64,000 nt of DNA. Origin: an uncultured Candidatus Micrarchaeota archaeon (GTDB taxonomy: Archaea > Micrarchaeota > Micrarchaeia > Anstonellales > Bilamarchaeaceae). The notes under the pieces are model-generated. The model was not told where the DNA came from and did not search any database. It saw only the letters and a program-made list of their open reading frames with translations. The DNA lies in assembly GCA_963723105.1 (NCBI GenBank), contig CAVRPK010000007.1, positions 37,461-101,460 on the forward strand. Reading direction: 5' to 3'. Shown here piece by piece: positions 17,995 to 27,914 of the stretch. Position numbers and translations under genes: made by a program. The first letter of the stretch is position 1. The number at the start of each line of letters is the position of its first letter.

Positions 17995-18558
17995 GTGGAG
18001 GTAAATGAATATGAAGGAGAAGATCTTTCTTCGATTAATGATTTTAGAGAGAACTCGATAAAGGGCCCTCAGTACATCAATGAAAGTAGTTACAAGTTGA
18101 AAGTGAGTGGGCTTGTAGAGAATCCAAAGGGATATACATACACTGAGATTGTTGATGGATTTCAAAGCTACGAAAAGATAGTAAGACTCGATTGTGTAGA
18201 AGGCTGGAGCGTAAACATTCTTTGGGAGGGAGTTCTTGTCCGAGACATCATATCCCAGGCAAATCCAAAAGAAGATGCGAGCACAGTCATATTTCATGCC
18301 CAAGATGGATATACAACCTCATTTCCAATTGAATACTTCTATGATAATGATATCATTATGGCTCATAGCCTGAACAATGTGACCATCCCGCCTGAAAGAG
18401 GATATCCATTCCAACTTGTAGCTGAGAGCAAATGGGGATATAAGTGGATCAAATGGATTACGGAAATCGAGTTTTCAGATGATGAAGATTATCAAGGATA
18501 CTGGGAGCAAAGAGGATACGCGGATGAAGGAGATTTAAATGAAAGCTTTTTCGATTGA
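17995..18558 (+). CDS. Molybdopterin-dependent oxidoreductase (MsrP/YedY-like), lipoprotein; start codon out of frame
   Basis: LDCVEGWS..WEGV, DGYTTS, PERGYPFQLV, GYKWIKW and GYWEQRGY. The frame extends upstream through a lipoprotein signal (KILLFVGILILTYGC); the nearest ATGs (17885, 17889) are out of frame. Confidence 0.88.
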   Translation: MEVNEYEGEDLSSINDFRENSIKGPQYINESSYKLKVSGLVENPKGYTYTEIVDGFQSYEKIVRLDCVEGWSVNILWEGVLVRDIISQANPKEDASTVIFHAQDGYTTSFPIEYFYDNDIIMAHSLNNVTIPPERGYPFQLVAESKWGYKWIKWITEIEFSDDEDYQGYWEQRGYADEGDLNESFFD

Positions 18559-18730
18559 CAAAAAACTAGTTCTGGCATTAAAAAAGGAAAAAGCAATGGA
18601 GATTACTCCATTAAAGCTTTCATGACTTTTTTCTCCCATTCTGATTGTATGGCATAGATTAGGTTCGTAGCAAGACCATACAGGAAAGTAAAAATTCTTA
18701 CGAAAAGACTATAAGATTCATGATTATATT

Positions 18731-20230
18731 ATGCCCATGCGCATTTTCATCATAATACTGATAATACTGGCACTCGTAACTCCTGCATTCTCACAATGCT
18801 TTGATTCTTGCATGAATAGCTGCTGCTACAAGCATGGAGGCTCCATAATGGAGCTTATGCCAGGCAAGGTCACTGAATGCAATGAACTGCCAGGATGTAT
18901 GGTGATGTTTTTAGGGTCGATAAGAGGATCAGATGACGAGGCATGTTTACAGTATGCTGGAGAAGCAGGAAGTGGCTATAGCAAAGAAGCAATTTCCAGG
19001 TGTATGGCCACATGTATGAATGAATGCGGAAGCCACTGGGAAGGAAGCCCATCTCCATTTTCAGGAGTTTCTGAGAATGACTATGTAGAAGAGATACCAG
19101 AAGGGGTTTGTGCGGATGTTTCTTGCCCATCTGCATGCCAATACGAAAATAATTTACCAGCTCTTTACTATGATGGAAGATGCATAGAGGACAATAGCAG
19201 TTCAGATGGATATGTCTGTGGATATACAAAGGGCCAGTGCGTATGGAAATGCAATTCTGCAGGAACAAACTGCGAAGATGCAGACCCACTAAGTGTTACA
19301 ATAGATTCTCCAACAAATGGTGCTCGTTTTGATACTGGAAAACAAGGATATGTACTTGTGGATGTTGATGGAAGTGTTGCTTCCAGCTCTTCACACCAAG
19401 TTAGTAGAGTAACAATAAGCACCACACTCGCAACGCCAATACAAGCGAGTTTTGATTCAAATTCAAATAGATTTAGTTTAGAAGGAGTAAAGATAACTGA
19501 GGGCAAATCTACAATCATTACTGCAACTGCATATGATGCTGAAGGCAGAAGACTTGGAACAAAAACAGTGACAGTTTATCCATCACCAAACCTAACAAAT
19601 TTGTTAATTAAAAAAGGAGGAGCAACTCTTTGGAGAAATGGCCAGATTATTGGAAGTGATTGGGATGAGGGATACAATGCATATGAAACAATGGAGGGAG
19701 ATGAGTTTGAAGTTCATAGCGGAGAAACAGTTACGATCATGTATAGCGATGATACAGCAGTTGTTTTGAAAGGCCCATTTAGAATTCAGTATTTTAAAAA
19801 TGAAATTAAGCTCAAAAAGGGAGCAATAGAAGTTGAAGTAAAACATGATTTTAGAGTTTTGGGAAGACTTGGGTACCATGTAGTAAAAGGAACAGAATTC
19901 AAAGTTATTGTCCCAGAAGATGAGAGCATGCCTGAAACATTAATTGTAATGAAGGGAACAGTTCTCTCTGGACTTATTGACGCCCCAGAAAATGCGGCCG
20001 AAGTGAATGCTGGAGAGCGCCTTTATCTTTATCCCACAGTAGCGCCAGGAGCAGATAGTGTGGGCACTGCAACTACTGCTGAGATGCAAAGTTTCGCAGA
20101 AGGTGGAGAGGTCACTGTTCCAGAAACATATGGAGATGTGCCATCTGGCAGTGGAAGCTGTATGTCTACGATTTTGCTCTTTTCAGTTTTTGCATTATCA
20201 GCTGCACTGAGATTAGGAGGAAGGGCTTAG
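18731..20230 (+). CDS. Secreted Cys-rich protein with Ig-like and FecR-like domains and C-terminal membrane anchor
   Basis: Signal peptide; Cys-rich N-terminal half; VTIDSPTNGA..ITATAYDAEG (Ig-like); VKGTEFKV..LIVMKGTV (FecR-like); C-terminal Cys plus hydrophobic tail. Confidence 0.75.
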   Translation: MPMRIFIIILIILALVTPAFSQCFDSCMNSCCYKHGGSIMELMPGKVTECNELPGCMVMFLGSIRGSDDEACLQYAGEAGSGYSKEAISRCMATCMNECGSHWEGSPSPFSGVSENDYVEEIPEGVCADVSCPSACQYENNLPALYYDGRCIEDNSSSDGYVCGYTKGQCVWKCNSAGTNCEDADPLSVTIDSPTNGARFDTGKQGYVLVDVDGSVASSSSHQVSRVTISTTLATPIQASFDSNSNRFSLEGVKITEGKSTIITATAYDAEGRRLGTKTVTVYPSPNLTNLLIKKGGATLWRNGQIIGSDWDEGYNAYETMEGDEFEVHSGETVTIMYSDDTAVVLKGPFRIQYFKNEIKLKKGAIEVEVKHDFRVLGRLGYHVVKGTEFKVIVPEDESMPETLIVMKGTVLSGLIDAPENAAEVNAGERLYLYPTVAPGADSVGTATTAEMQSFAEGGEVTVPETYGDVPSGSGSCMSTILLFSVFALSAALRLGGRA

Positions 20231-20383
20231 GTTCTTTTTCCAAAAATGAAATCCGGCAATAACAATGATAGTGCCAAATACAAGAAGATATACACTGAAT
20301 GGGCCCATCATTCCAGTAATTGCAATAAGTAGAATCACAATTCCAAAAGAAATGAGAGATATTGGTAATGATAGTTTTTCCAT
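20213..20383 (-). CDS. Small two-TM membrane protein (56 aa), not in ORF track
   Basis: MEKLSLPISLISFGIVILLIAITGMMGPFSVYLLVFGTIIVIAGFHFWKKNLSPSS; fills the gap directly downstream of the kinase. Confidence 0.6.
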   Translation of the reverse strand: MEKLSLPISLISFGIVILLIAITGMMGPFSVYLLVFGTIIVIAGFHFWKKNLSPSS

Positions 20384-20408
20384 CGGTAAATAATTTACTG
20401 TAAACCAA

Positions 20409-23400
20409 TTAAGAAGTTTGTTTTACAAGCGTTTGTGCAACTACATCAGATATCCTTTGAAGATTATATGGTTTGGGGAGCACACCTGAAAATCCACGAG
20501 CCGTTGGATTTGACATAGTATCATCATTTGTATATCCGCTAGAAGCAATAGCCAGTACATTAGGATCAAGATCCAAGAGATTTTTCAGAGTTTCAACTCC
20601 ACCCATTCCACCAGGAACAGTCAAATCCAAAATCACCAGATCAAAAGGTTTTTCAGAAAGAGCTTTTTGATATTGTTCTATAGCATCAGTTCCATCAATA
20701 GTACACGTACATGAATATCCGAGTTTTTCGAGCATTCTTGACGCAGAATTTCGAACAGAAACTTCATCATCCATCAACAATATCCTGGCGTTGCCAGTAG
20801 TTAGATTAGAAGGAGGAGCGTGACTTGGAATTGGAACAGCCCCAGGCCTTGCAGGAAGGAAAACAGTGAATGTCGATCCTTTGCCCAATTCAGATTTCAC
20901 CTGGATGTCTCCGCCATGATTTTGGACTATTCGATAGGTAGTAGCAAGACCAAGGCCATGGCCCTTGTCTTTGGTTGTATAGAATGGTTCAAATATTTCT
21001 TCCAGCTCGTTTGGACGAATACCAATACCAGTATCGGTAAATGATAGCTCTACATAATCACCAGGTGGCAGGTTGTGCGGATCGGAAACATTGCGAGAAG
21101 AAAGAGTTATTGTTCCACCTTCTGGCATTGACTGATCTGCATTTACAACTAAATTTTGAACCACCTGACCAATTTGACTTCGATCAACATCAACAGCCCA
21201 AAGATCACCAGGATGGTCATGTTTTGCATTAACATTGGAACCTCTTAACATGAGGTGTGAAGTTTCTTCAAGAAGCTCAGTCATGGAAGCAGTTTCTTTG
21301 ACAGGACTTCCTCCTTTGGCAAAGGTAAGAAGCTGGTCAGTCAGTGCCTTTGCCTCTTTTCCAACTCTTTCGATTTCTGCGAGAACCTTTGTTCGCTCAT
21401 CGGCTTCAGTAGAATCAGTTAATACGCCTGCTAAGGAAGCATTTCCAACCATAACCATCAGCAGATTATTGAAATCATGGGCAATTCCTCCAGCCAAACG
21501 ACCAACTGCCTTCATTTTTGCATTTCTTTGCATCTCAACTTCTAATTTTCTGCGCTCAGTAATATCTACTGCAATCCCCCTAAAACCAATGACACGATTA
21601 TCTCTTTTTTTGGTACGGGTATAAACTACAATTGGAAATGTTGTGCCATCGGATCTAACAGCCAGATATTCCCTTCCAGAAGTTTGCCCTCCAGAGCGAA
21701 GAGCAGATATGGAATCAGAAAGGCGAGGCCAGTCTTTTTGAGAGATGAGACTGGCAAGAGTTATGCCGCTTTCAATAATTGATGGAGGATAGCGGAAGGT
21801 CTCGAAGGCCTGCGGGTTAGCATAAGAGATGCGCCCATCCAGATCAGTTTCATAAACAGTTTGGGGCAAAGCTTCAGTAAGATCCCTGAATCGCTCTTCA
21901 CTCTCACGAAGAGCCAATTCGGCCATTCTGCGCTCTTCTTCGCCAGATATTGTAGTAGCAATAATACTGAGAATTTTTCGATCTGCTTTGGAGGGTTTAT
22001 AATCAGAAGTATAAACAACACACAATGTCCCTATGGGCTCGCCATGGCACCTGATCAAATTTCCAAGATATGTTTTCAGACCATACTTTCTTACATTGGG
22101 ATCAGTCTCCCCATAAGGGGAGGTTAATAATCCTGAGATAAACGCTTGGCCATCTTCTGGGGGGTTTGAAATAAGATCAGAGCAAATGTGCCCATCTGCT
22201 GGAGATATGATCTCATAATCATCAGGAACATTCCAACTTCCCAAAGAACAGAGAGTATTGCCTTCAAGATAATTATAGAGGGCGCAATCAGCATCAAGAA
22301 GTTCTCCACAAAGCGCAGTTAGTTTCTGAATGTTTTCTCCAGTGTTGCTTCCAAGAGTTGAAAAGACCTGAGTTATTTTTGTCATCCTCTCTTCGTTTCG
22401 GGCCAGTGATTCTTCGGCCAGCTTCTGTTCAGTAATGTCTCTTACCACGGCCTGGAGTGTGGGCTTGCCATCTAATTCCATGCGTGTTAGTAAGACGGTA
22501 GCTGGAAACTCTTGGCCATTGAGTTTCTTGTGAGTCCACTCAAAGAAGGCAGAACCATCAGACATGGCTTTTTGTATCATTGCCTTTGCCTTCTCACTAG
22601 AGAGTTGGCCATCAGGTTGGAATTTTGGAGAGTATGCCCATGGAGGGTTTGAAGTAAATAGTTTGCTAGTTTCAACACCAAATAAATTCAAGGCTGCACG
22701 GTTGCCGCTAGTAAATTTCCAATCTGGAGGACTCAGGGTCATATTGGCATCATGGGTACTTTCAAAAAGAGTCCGGTATCTTGTTTCGCTACTCATTAGA
22801 GCTTCTTCTGCACGTTTTCTTGCAGTAATATCAGCAAACACAGTTGCGAATTGATCTTCTCTAAGTGAAAAAACAGAAACATGAAAAGTTTTGTTTTGAG
22901 GCTGCCAGATGATTTCAAAATCCTGAGAAACTCCAGTAGTTGCAACTTCAGCATAAATATCAAGGAATGGAGGACCAGGCCCATAGAGCTCAGAAGCAAG
23001 AGAACCCACTGCAACACTAGAAGGAATTTCGGTTAGTTTGGAATATGCAGGATTAGCATCAAGTATCTGATAATCAATAGGAACGCCATCACCATCAAAA
23101 ATTAGTTCATGAATGCATACGCCCTCACGCATGACGCCATATAAGGCAGATTGAAGTTGCTCGCTCTCCAGCAATAAGAGCTCTGCTCCTTTTCTTTCAC
23201 TAATATCCCTGATAGTGCTAACGAAATATACTTCATCCCCCCGGGCCCATGGAACAAGAGTAAGTTCGATTGGAACAACATTTCCGTCTTTTGTAAGGCC
23301 AGATAGCTCTACGGGTTTATCAAAAGAATGAGGAGGGGCAAATCCATTTTCTTGTGATCTTAATCTAAATGCCTCTTTGGAGTCAGGAGGCATTATGATA

Positions 23401-23672
23401 GATATTGGCTTTCCAACAACTTCATCAGGACCATAACCAAAAACCCTTGTTGCAGCAGGATTCCAGGAAACAATTCTGCCTTTAGAATTGGTTACAACAA
23501 TAGCATCATAGATGGTAGATAGAATATCTTGACAAAGATGAGCTGGAAGAATACTATATGATTCGCTTTTAATATCGCACGAACTGAATTTTTTAGCCTT
23601 TGTTAGAGAAGTTGGATTTAGATCTTTTTCAGCATGAGACAGTTGTTTGGGACCTCTTGGTTTTCCAGCCAT
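20409..23672 (-). CDS. Hybrid sensor histidine kinase/response regulator (PAS x3-GAF-PAS-HisKA-HATPase-REC)
   Basis: PAS ends DISERK/DITARK/DITEQK/DITERR; GIAHDFNN; NLVVNA, DTGIG, FEPFYTTK, GHGLGL; receiver LLMDDE..LDLTVP..SSG..KPY. Confidence 0.95.
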   Translation of the reverse strand: MAGKPRGPKQLSHAEKDLNPTSLTKAKKFSSCDIKSESYSILPAHLCQDILSTIYDAIVVTNSKGRIVSWNPAATRVFGYGPDEVVGKPISIIMPPDSKEAFRLRSQENGFAPPHSFDKPVELSGLTKDGNVVPIELTLVPWARGDEVYFVSTIRDISERKGAELLLLESEQLQSALYGVMREGVCIHELIFDGDGVPIDYQILDANPAYSKLTEIPSSVAVGSLASELYGPGPPFLDIYAEVATTGVSQDFEIIWQPQNKTFHVSVFSLREDQFATVFADITARKRAEEALMSSETRYRTLFESTHDANMTLSPPDWKFTSGNRAALNLFGVETSKLFTSNPPWAYSPKFQPDGQLSSEKAKAMIQKAMSDGSAFFEWTHKKLNGQEFPATVLLTRMELDGKPTLQAVVRDITEQKLAEESLARNEERMTKITQVFSTLGSNTGENIQKLTALCGELLDADCALYNYLEGNTLCSLGSWNVPDDYEIISPADGHICSDLISNPPEDGQAFISGLLTSPYGETDPNVRKYGLKTYLGNLIRCHGEPIGTLCVVYTSDYKPSKADRKILSIIATTISGEEERRMAELALRESEERFRDLTEALPQTVYETDLDGRISYANPQAFETFRYPPSIIESGITLASLISQKDWPRLSDSISALRSGGQTSGREYLAVRSDGTTFPIVVYTRTKKRDNRVIGFRGIAVDITERRKLEVEMQRNAKMKAVGRLAGGIAHDFNNLLMVMVGNASLAGVLTDSTEADERTKVLAEIERVGKEAKALTDQLLTFAKGGSPVKETASMTELLEETSHLMLRGSNVNAKHDHPGDLWAVDVDRSQIGQVVQNLVVNADQSMPEGGTITLSSRNVSDPHNLPPGDYVELSFTDTGIGIRPNELEEIFEPFYTTKDKGHGLGLATTYRIVQNHGGDIQVKSELGKGSTFTVFLPARPGAVPIPSHAPPSNLTTGNARILLMDDEVSVRNSASRMLEKLGYSCTCTIDGTDAIEQYQKALSEKPFDLVILDLTVPGGMGGVETLKNLLDLDPNVLAIASSGYTNDDTMSNPTARGFSGVLPKPYNLQRISDVVAQTLVKQTS

Positions 23673-23850
23673 ATAGTTTTCCTCATAGGATCAATAAGCG
23701 CATTTTAGATGTAGAATGGATTTGTTTTTTTTGAATTGGATTGATAACAATAGATTTAAGCAAATAGAATACGCCTGAATTTTTACCCACCATACCTGAA
23801 TATAGATGTACAGAAACATATATAAACAGTTTTTCCGACGGAATTTAAGT

Positions 23851-24384
23851 TTAATGTCCCTTCCAAAGAACTTCATCGACTTTCTTTTTGTAATTTACAG
23901 TGCGAGCCAGAACAAAAAGCAGATCGCCAACACGGTTAAGATAACTGATAGAACTTGAATTGATTTTTTCTTTTTGTGAAATTGAAACGACATTCCTCTC
24001 GGCTCTACGGCAAACAGTTCTAGCATGATGAAGAAGAGATGCGGTTTTACTTCCGCCTGGAAGAATGAAGTGATTTAGAGGAGGTAAATCGGATTCAAGT
24101 TCATCGATTTCTTGCTCCAGCTCGCCAACACGGGCTGGGCTGATGGTTTTTGTTGGAGGTTTTTTTGAAGCAAGCTCCGTACCAATTATGAAAAGATCTT
24201 TTTGAATTTTTTTAAGGGAATCAGTAATGGATTTTGTTTCACTAAAGGCAATTACAATTCCAAGAACAGAATTAAGTTCATCAACACTCCCATATGCTTC
24301 AACACGAGGGTGGTCTTTTGGAACTGTGCCTGAGCCAATAAGAGACGTAGTTCCTTTGTCACCAAATTTAGTATATATCGGCAT
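23851..24384 (-). CDS. pduO: Cob(I)alamin adenosyltransferase, PduO type
   Basis: IYTKFGDKGTT, EAYGSVDELNS, FILPGG, RTVCRRAER and YLNR motifs. Confidence 0.93.
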   Translation of the reverse strand: MPIYTKFGDKGTTSLIGSGTVPKDHPRVEAYGSVDELNSVLGIVIAFSETKSITDSLKKIQKDLFIIGTELASKKPPTKTISPARVGELEQEIDELESDLPPLNHFILPGGSKTASLLHHARTVCRRAERNVVSISQKEKINSSSISYLNRVGDLLFVLARTVNYKKKVDEVLWKGH

Positions 24385-24440
24385 ATGTGGAAAAAACCAC
24401 AGAATTGTTTAAATTATTATTCATTTACACTATTAAACCC

Positions 24441-25514
24441 ATGTCCAGTCTAGATTACAACCAACATGCACGCGCAAGAACATTACAAACACTATTGTTT
24501 AGGTCATTTGCTAAGTCTGAACCAGCATTGGAAGGCCTTACACGATCACATGTTGTTCGAAGAATTATGGAGGAACGTGGAGACGGAAGTCAAGGAATAT
24601 CTGAGCTGATAAAGGCTTCTGCTGGCAGGCTATCTGAGAGAGAAGGAGAAAATGAACGATGGAGATATACCAGAAGGCATAGTGTTGAAGTGGCATTCAT
24701 AGCATATTTAATTGCAAGTGAAGCAAAAAAACAAAACCTCCCAGAAGCAGAGGATTTGGATCCAGATCTTTGTTTTGTTGGTGGGATGATCCATGATATG
24801 GGAAAAACATTTCTTCCAATGGCATTGATAGTAAAAGAACTTGGAATAGACCTGTTTTTTGTGCGATTATTTGAAGGAAGTAAAATGAATGATATAGAAA
24901 GAAGGATACTTAGAGACGAACATATTTCTGCTGGAACTAGATTTGTAAGATTATTTGATGGTGATGAGCAGGTTAGAACCCTCTTGGATATGGTCGGATT
25001 GCACCATGTGATGTTTAATGGAAAGGACAGTTTTGTTCCCAGCTATCCTGCATTGATTAAAGGAATGAACTTACCGCTTCATGCAAGGATTGCAAAGACA
25101 GCAGATTTTATTTCGGCAGTTCTTCCAAGACATTATAGAGAAACAAACTGGATAACGTCATTTAGAACTGCTGCAGCATATGCAATGGCAGTCTCTGGAA
25201 TGGAGCTCGACCCGCTTACAGTCCAGTGCTTCCTCACAGGAACACATGACATAAGCACTTCAGAGGCACGGGCTACAATAGATTCGTTTGTGCACCCAGG
25301 AGGCCAGCTACAAATATCAAGCTACTTGGGAATGCGGGATTATGTTGGAGCAGTAGAAGCAAGTGTTGGTTTTGAAGAGCTTGCAAAAAAATGGGACATG
25401 GTAAAGGTACTTGAGACTGAAGAGAAAGTTGCAATACTTTCAGAAACACATGGATTTCCAACACTTTTGGATGTCTCTCCAATGAGCATTAAGAATAAAT
25501 ATGCAGAGGCATAG
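24441..25514 (+). CDS. HD-GYP-like HD domain phosphohydrolase
   Basis: RRHS..IHDMGK..EH..HH..SYP..ARIAKTAD. Start MSSLDY follows a TATA-like box. Confidence 0.78.
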   Translation: MSSLDYNQHARARTLQTLLFRSFAKSEPALEGLTRSHVVRRIMEERGDGSQGISELIKASAGRLSEREGENERWRYTRRHSVEVAFIAYLIASEAKKQNLPEAEDLDPDLCFVGGMIHDMGKTFLPMALIVKELGIDLFFVRLFEGSKMNDIERRILRDEHISAGTRFVRLFDGDEQVRTLLDMVGLHHVMFNGKDSFVPSYPALIKGMNLPLHARIAKTADFISAVLPRHYRETNWITSFRTAAAYAMAVSGMELDPLTVQCFLTGTHDISTSEARATIDSFVHPGGQLQISSYLGMRDYVGAVEASVGFEELAKKWDMVKVLETEEKVAILSETHGFPTLLDVSPMSIKNKYAEA

Positions 25515-25523
25515 TTACCTTGT

Positions 25524-26147
25524 ATGACGATTGTTGATGATTTTAGGATACTTGAGAAAAATGGTTTTGAATTATTGCCCTATTTTTTAGCAAAAAATGA
25601 AAAAGAAGCAGTGGCAGCTGCAAAAAAAATCAAATACCCAGTTGTATTGAAAGTTGTTTCCTCAGAGATAGAACACAAGACAGATGTAGGTGGAGTCAAA
25701 GTTGGAATATCCAATGAAGATATTCTTCGCCATAGCTACCAAGATATCATGAAAAAAACAAAAGGAAAAAAGGTTGATGGAATTTTAGTTCAGAAAATGG
25801 CGAGAAAAGGCGTTGAACTTATTGTAGGTGGAAAGAAAGACCCCCAGTTTGGACATATGATTGTTCTGGGGCTTGGAGGAATATATGTTGAGATTTTCAA
25901 AGATGTTAGTGCAAGAATTTGTCCTCTTGGTCAAAATGAAATTCAGGAAATGATCTCGGAACTTAAAAGCCATCCGATTATAGACGGTGCGAGAGGAAGA
26001 AAACCCATCAACAAAAAAGCCATTATTGAACTTGTAATTAAGACATGCTCATTTATGGAAAAGGAGAACCTGGGAGAGCTGGACCTCAATCCAGTTGTTT
26101 GTGATGATCGGGGTTGTGATATTGTAGATGCGAGGTTTAGCAGGTGA
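25524..26147 (+). CDS. acdB: Acetate--CoA ligase (ADP-forming) beta subunit, ATP-grasp
   Basis: YPVVLKV..HKTDVGGV, DPQFG..GLGGIYVE, ELDLNP and VDAR. Confidence 0.92.
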   Translation: MTIVDDFRILEKNGFELLPYFLAKNEKEAVAAAKKIKYPVVLKVVSSEIEHKTDVGGVKVGISNEDILRHSYQDIMKKTKGKKVDGILVQKMARKGVELIVGGKKDPQFGHMIVLGLGGIYVEIFKDVSARICPLGQNEIQEMISELKSHPIIDGARGRKPINKKAIIELVIKTCSFMEKENLGELDLNPVVCDDRGCDIVDARFSR

Positions 26148-26151
26148 TATT

Positions 26152-27543
26152 ATGAAAAAAATAATTCAAAATCTCGATAAAATTTTTTATCCAAAATCAG
26201 TTGCGATAATTGGAGCAACGCCCACAACAAATAAAGTAGGAAATGTAATTTCTAAGAATTTTATTGATGGGAAATTCCGAGGAGAAATTTATCCAATAAA
26301 TCCCAAATATAAGAAAATTTTAGGTGTTCCATGCTATTCTGATATTGGAAAGGTCAAGGGAAATATTGATTGTGTGATTATTGCAACACCTTCCAAGACA
26401 GTAGCGCCCATATTGGATGCATGCGTCAAAAAGAAAGTTGGTGGAATTGTAATAGTTACAAGTGGTTTTGAGGAAATTGGAAATAATGAGATTGCTGAAT
26501 ATATTAGGAAAGTTGCGCTAAAAAATAACATACCAATTATAGGCCCAAATTGCCTCGGTGTGTTTAACCCATATACTAAAACAGACAGTATGTTCTTGCC
26601 AATGTACAAATTAGAAAGGCCCAGAGCAGGAGAAATTTCGTTTGTTTCTCAAAGCGGAGCAATAGGCTCTGCAGTACTTGATCTTGCTGCATATTATGGA
26701 GTTGGAATTGCAAAATTCATCTCATATGGAAATGCCACAATACTAGATGAATGCGATTATTTAGAATATTTAGGAGAAGATGAGGATACTGAGGTCATCC
26801 TACTTTATATAGAAGGAGTAAAGGATGGAAAACGGCTTCTTGAAGTAATGAAGAGAGTGAATAAGAAAAAACCAATAATTGTTTTGAAAGGTGGGAAGGG
26901 AGCAGGAGGAGCTGCAGCTGCCAAATCACACACAGGAAACATTGCAGGCAGCTACACCGCATATAATGCTGCATTCAAACAAGCAAAAGTTGTGGAAGCA
27001 GAAGGACTCAATGAATTATTTGATATAGTTAAAATTTTCAATCAACCAAGGCCAAAAAACAACCGAGTTGGTATAATCACCAATGGAGGAGGTCTTGGAA
27101 TTATTACAGCAGATGCTGTTGAGCAAATAGATTTGAAACTAGCTGACTTTTCAGAAGACACTAAGAAGAAGATTTCAGAGATTTTGCCTTCTTATGGAAA
27201 TGTTGGGAACCCCCTTGATTTAGTAGCTGATTCTGGGGTTGATGCATATAAAAAAGCAATAGATATTTTCATGGCTGGAGATGAAATTGATATTTTATTA
27301 ATAATAGTGCTGATGCAAACACCACCTGTTGATGAGAGAATAATACATGTGCTAACAAAGGCTTCAGATGATAGAAGAAAACCAATTGCCACCATTTCTA
27401 TTGGCGGAACATATACTGAAGCATATAGAAAAATATTAGAAAGCAATGGGGTTCCTAGCTATAACTCACCAAAAGCAGCCGTACGGGCGATAAAGAGGCT
27501 TGTGACTTATTCTGAATATTATGAAAAATTGAAAAAAGAATGA
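26152..27543 (+). CDS. acdA: Acetate--CoA ligase (ADP-forming) alpha subunit
   Basis: PKSVAIIGA, IGPNCLG, SQSGA, SHTGNIAG (phospho-His), TNGGG and NPLD; AGGTGA SD. Confidence 0.93.
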   Translation: MKKIIQNLDKIFYPKSVAIIGATPTTNKVGNVISKNFIDGKFRGEIYPINPKYKKILGVPCYSDIGKVKGNIDCVIIATPSKTVAPILDACVKKKVGGIVIVTSGFEEIGNNEIAEYIRKVALKNNIPIIGPNCLGVFNPYTKTDSMFLPMYKLERPRAGEISFVSQSGAIGSAVLDLAAYYGVGIAKFISYGNATILDECDYLEYLGEDEDTEVILLYIEGVKDGKRLLEVMKRVNKKKPIIVLKGGKGAGGAAAAKSHTGNIAGSYTAYNAAFKQAKVVEAEGLNELFDIVKIFNQPRPKNNRVGIITNGGGLGIITADAVEQIDLKLADFSEDTKKKISEILPSYGNVGNPLDLVADSGVDAYKKAIDIFMAGDEIDILLIIVLMQTPPVDERIIHVLTKASDDRRKPIATISIGGTYTEAYRKILESNGVPSYNSPKAAVRAIKRLVTYSEYYEKLKKE

Positions 27544-27605
27544 TTCTGTAGGGTCTGGGGGACCACACTTCCAGTATTAGAAGTTATGTTGTTTGTTTTT
27601 ATTTT

Positions 27606-27625
27606 TATGTAACTATAGTTACATA
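27606..27625. promoter_or_regulatory. Perfect 20-bp palindrome TATGTAACTATAGTTACATA
   Basis: Read directly. It ends 14 nt before the ATG of the Cas2-like gene and overlaps a TTTTTA TATA-like box. Confidence 0.65.
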
Positions 27626-27639
27626 GTAATAGTATAGGG

Positions 27640-27885
27640 ATGTATATGTTTATTTTGTATTTTTACGACATTAAAGCAAGAAACAAGAAAAAATTCAATA
27701 GAACAAAAAGACGTTTTTACTACCATTTGCATAAATTGCCGCTAAAAAAAGAATACTGGAAAACCAAATCCACATTGATGGTTCCAACAAAACTAGAGAA
27801 AATTATGGATTCCTTCTTCAAACGCTTTGGAAAATCTATTGAAGTATATAAAGTGCTCACAGAATCTGTTGAAGAGCTTGAATAG
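27640..27885 (+). CDS. Stand-alone Cas2/VapD-like small basic protein
   Basis: 81 aa. The N-terminal beta strand ends in YDI (FILYFYDI), followed by a basic helix and KST strand, consistent with Cas2 ferredoxin-like topology. Confidence 0.55.
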   Translation: MYMFILYFYDIKARNKKKFNRTKRRFYYHLHKLPLKKEYWKTKSTLMVPTKLEKIMDSFFKRFGKSIEVYKVLTESVEELE

Positions 27886-27914
27886 TGGAACTATGGGGCC
27901 TCCCTATTCTTCTT

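Noticed and set aside
18590-18630. Possible fluoride riboswitch (GCAATGGAG..CTCCATT..ATGAC)
   Set aside because: It is a simple hairpin AATGGAG/CTCCATT without the pseudoknot consensus, and no crcB-type gene follows. More likely a terminator-like stem.
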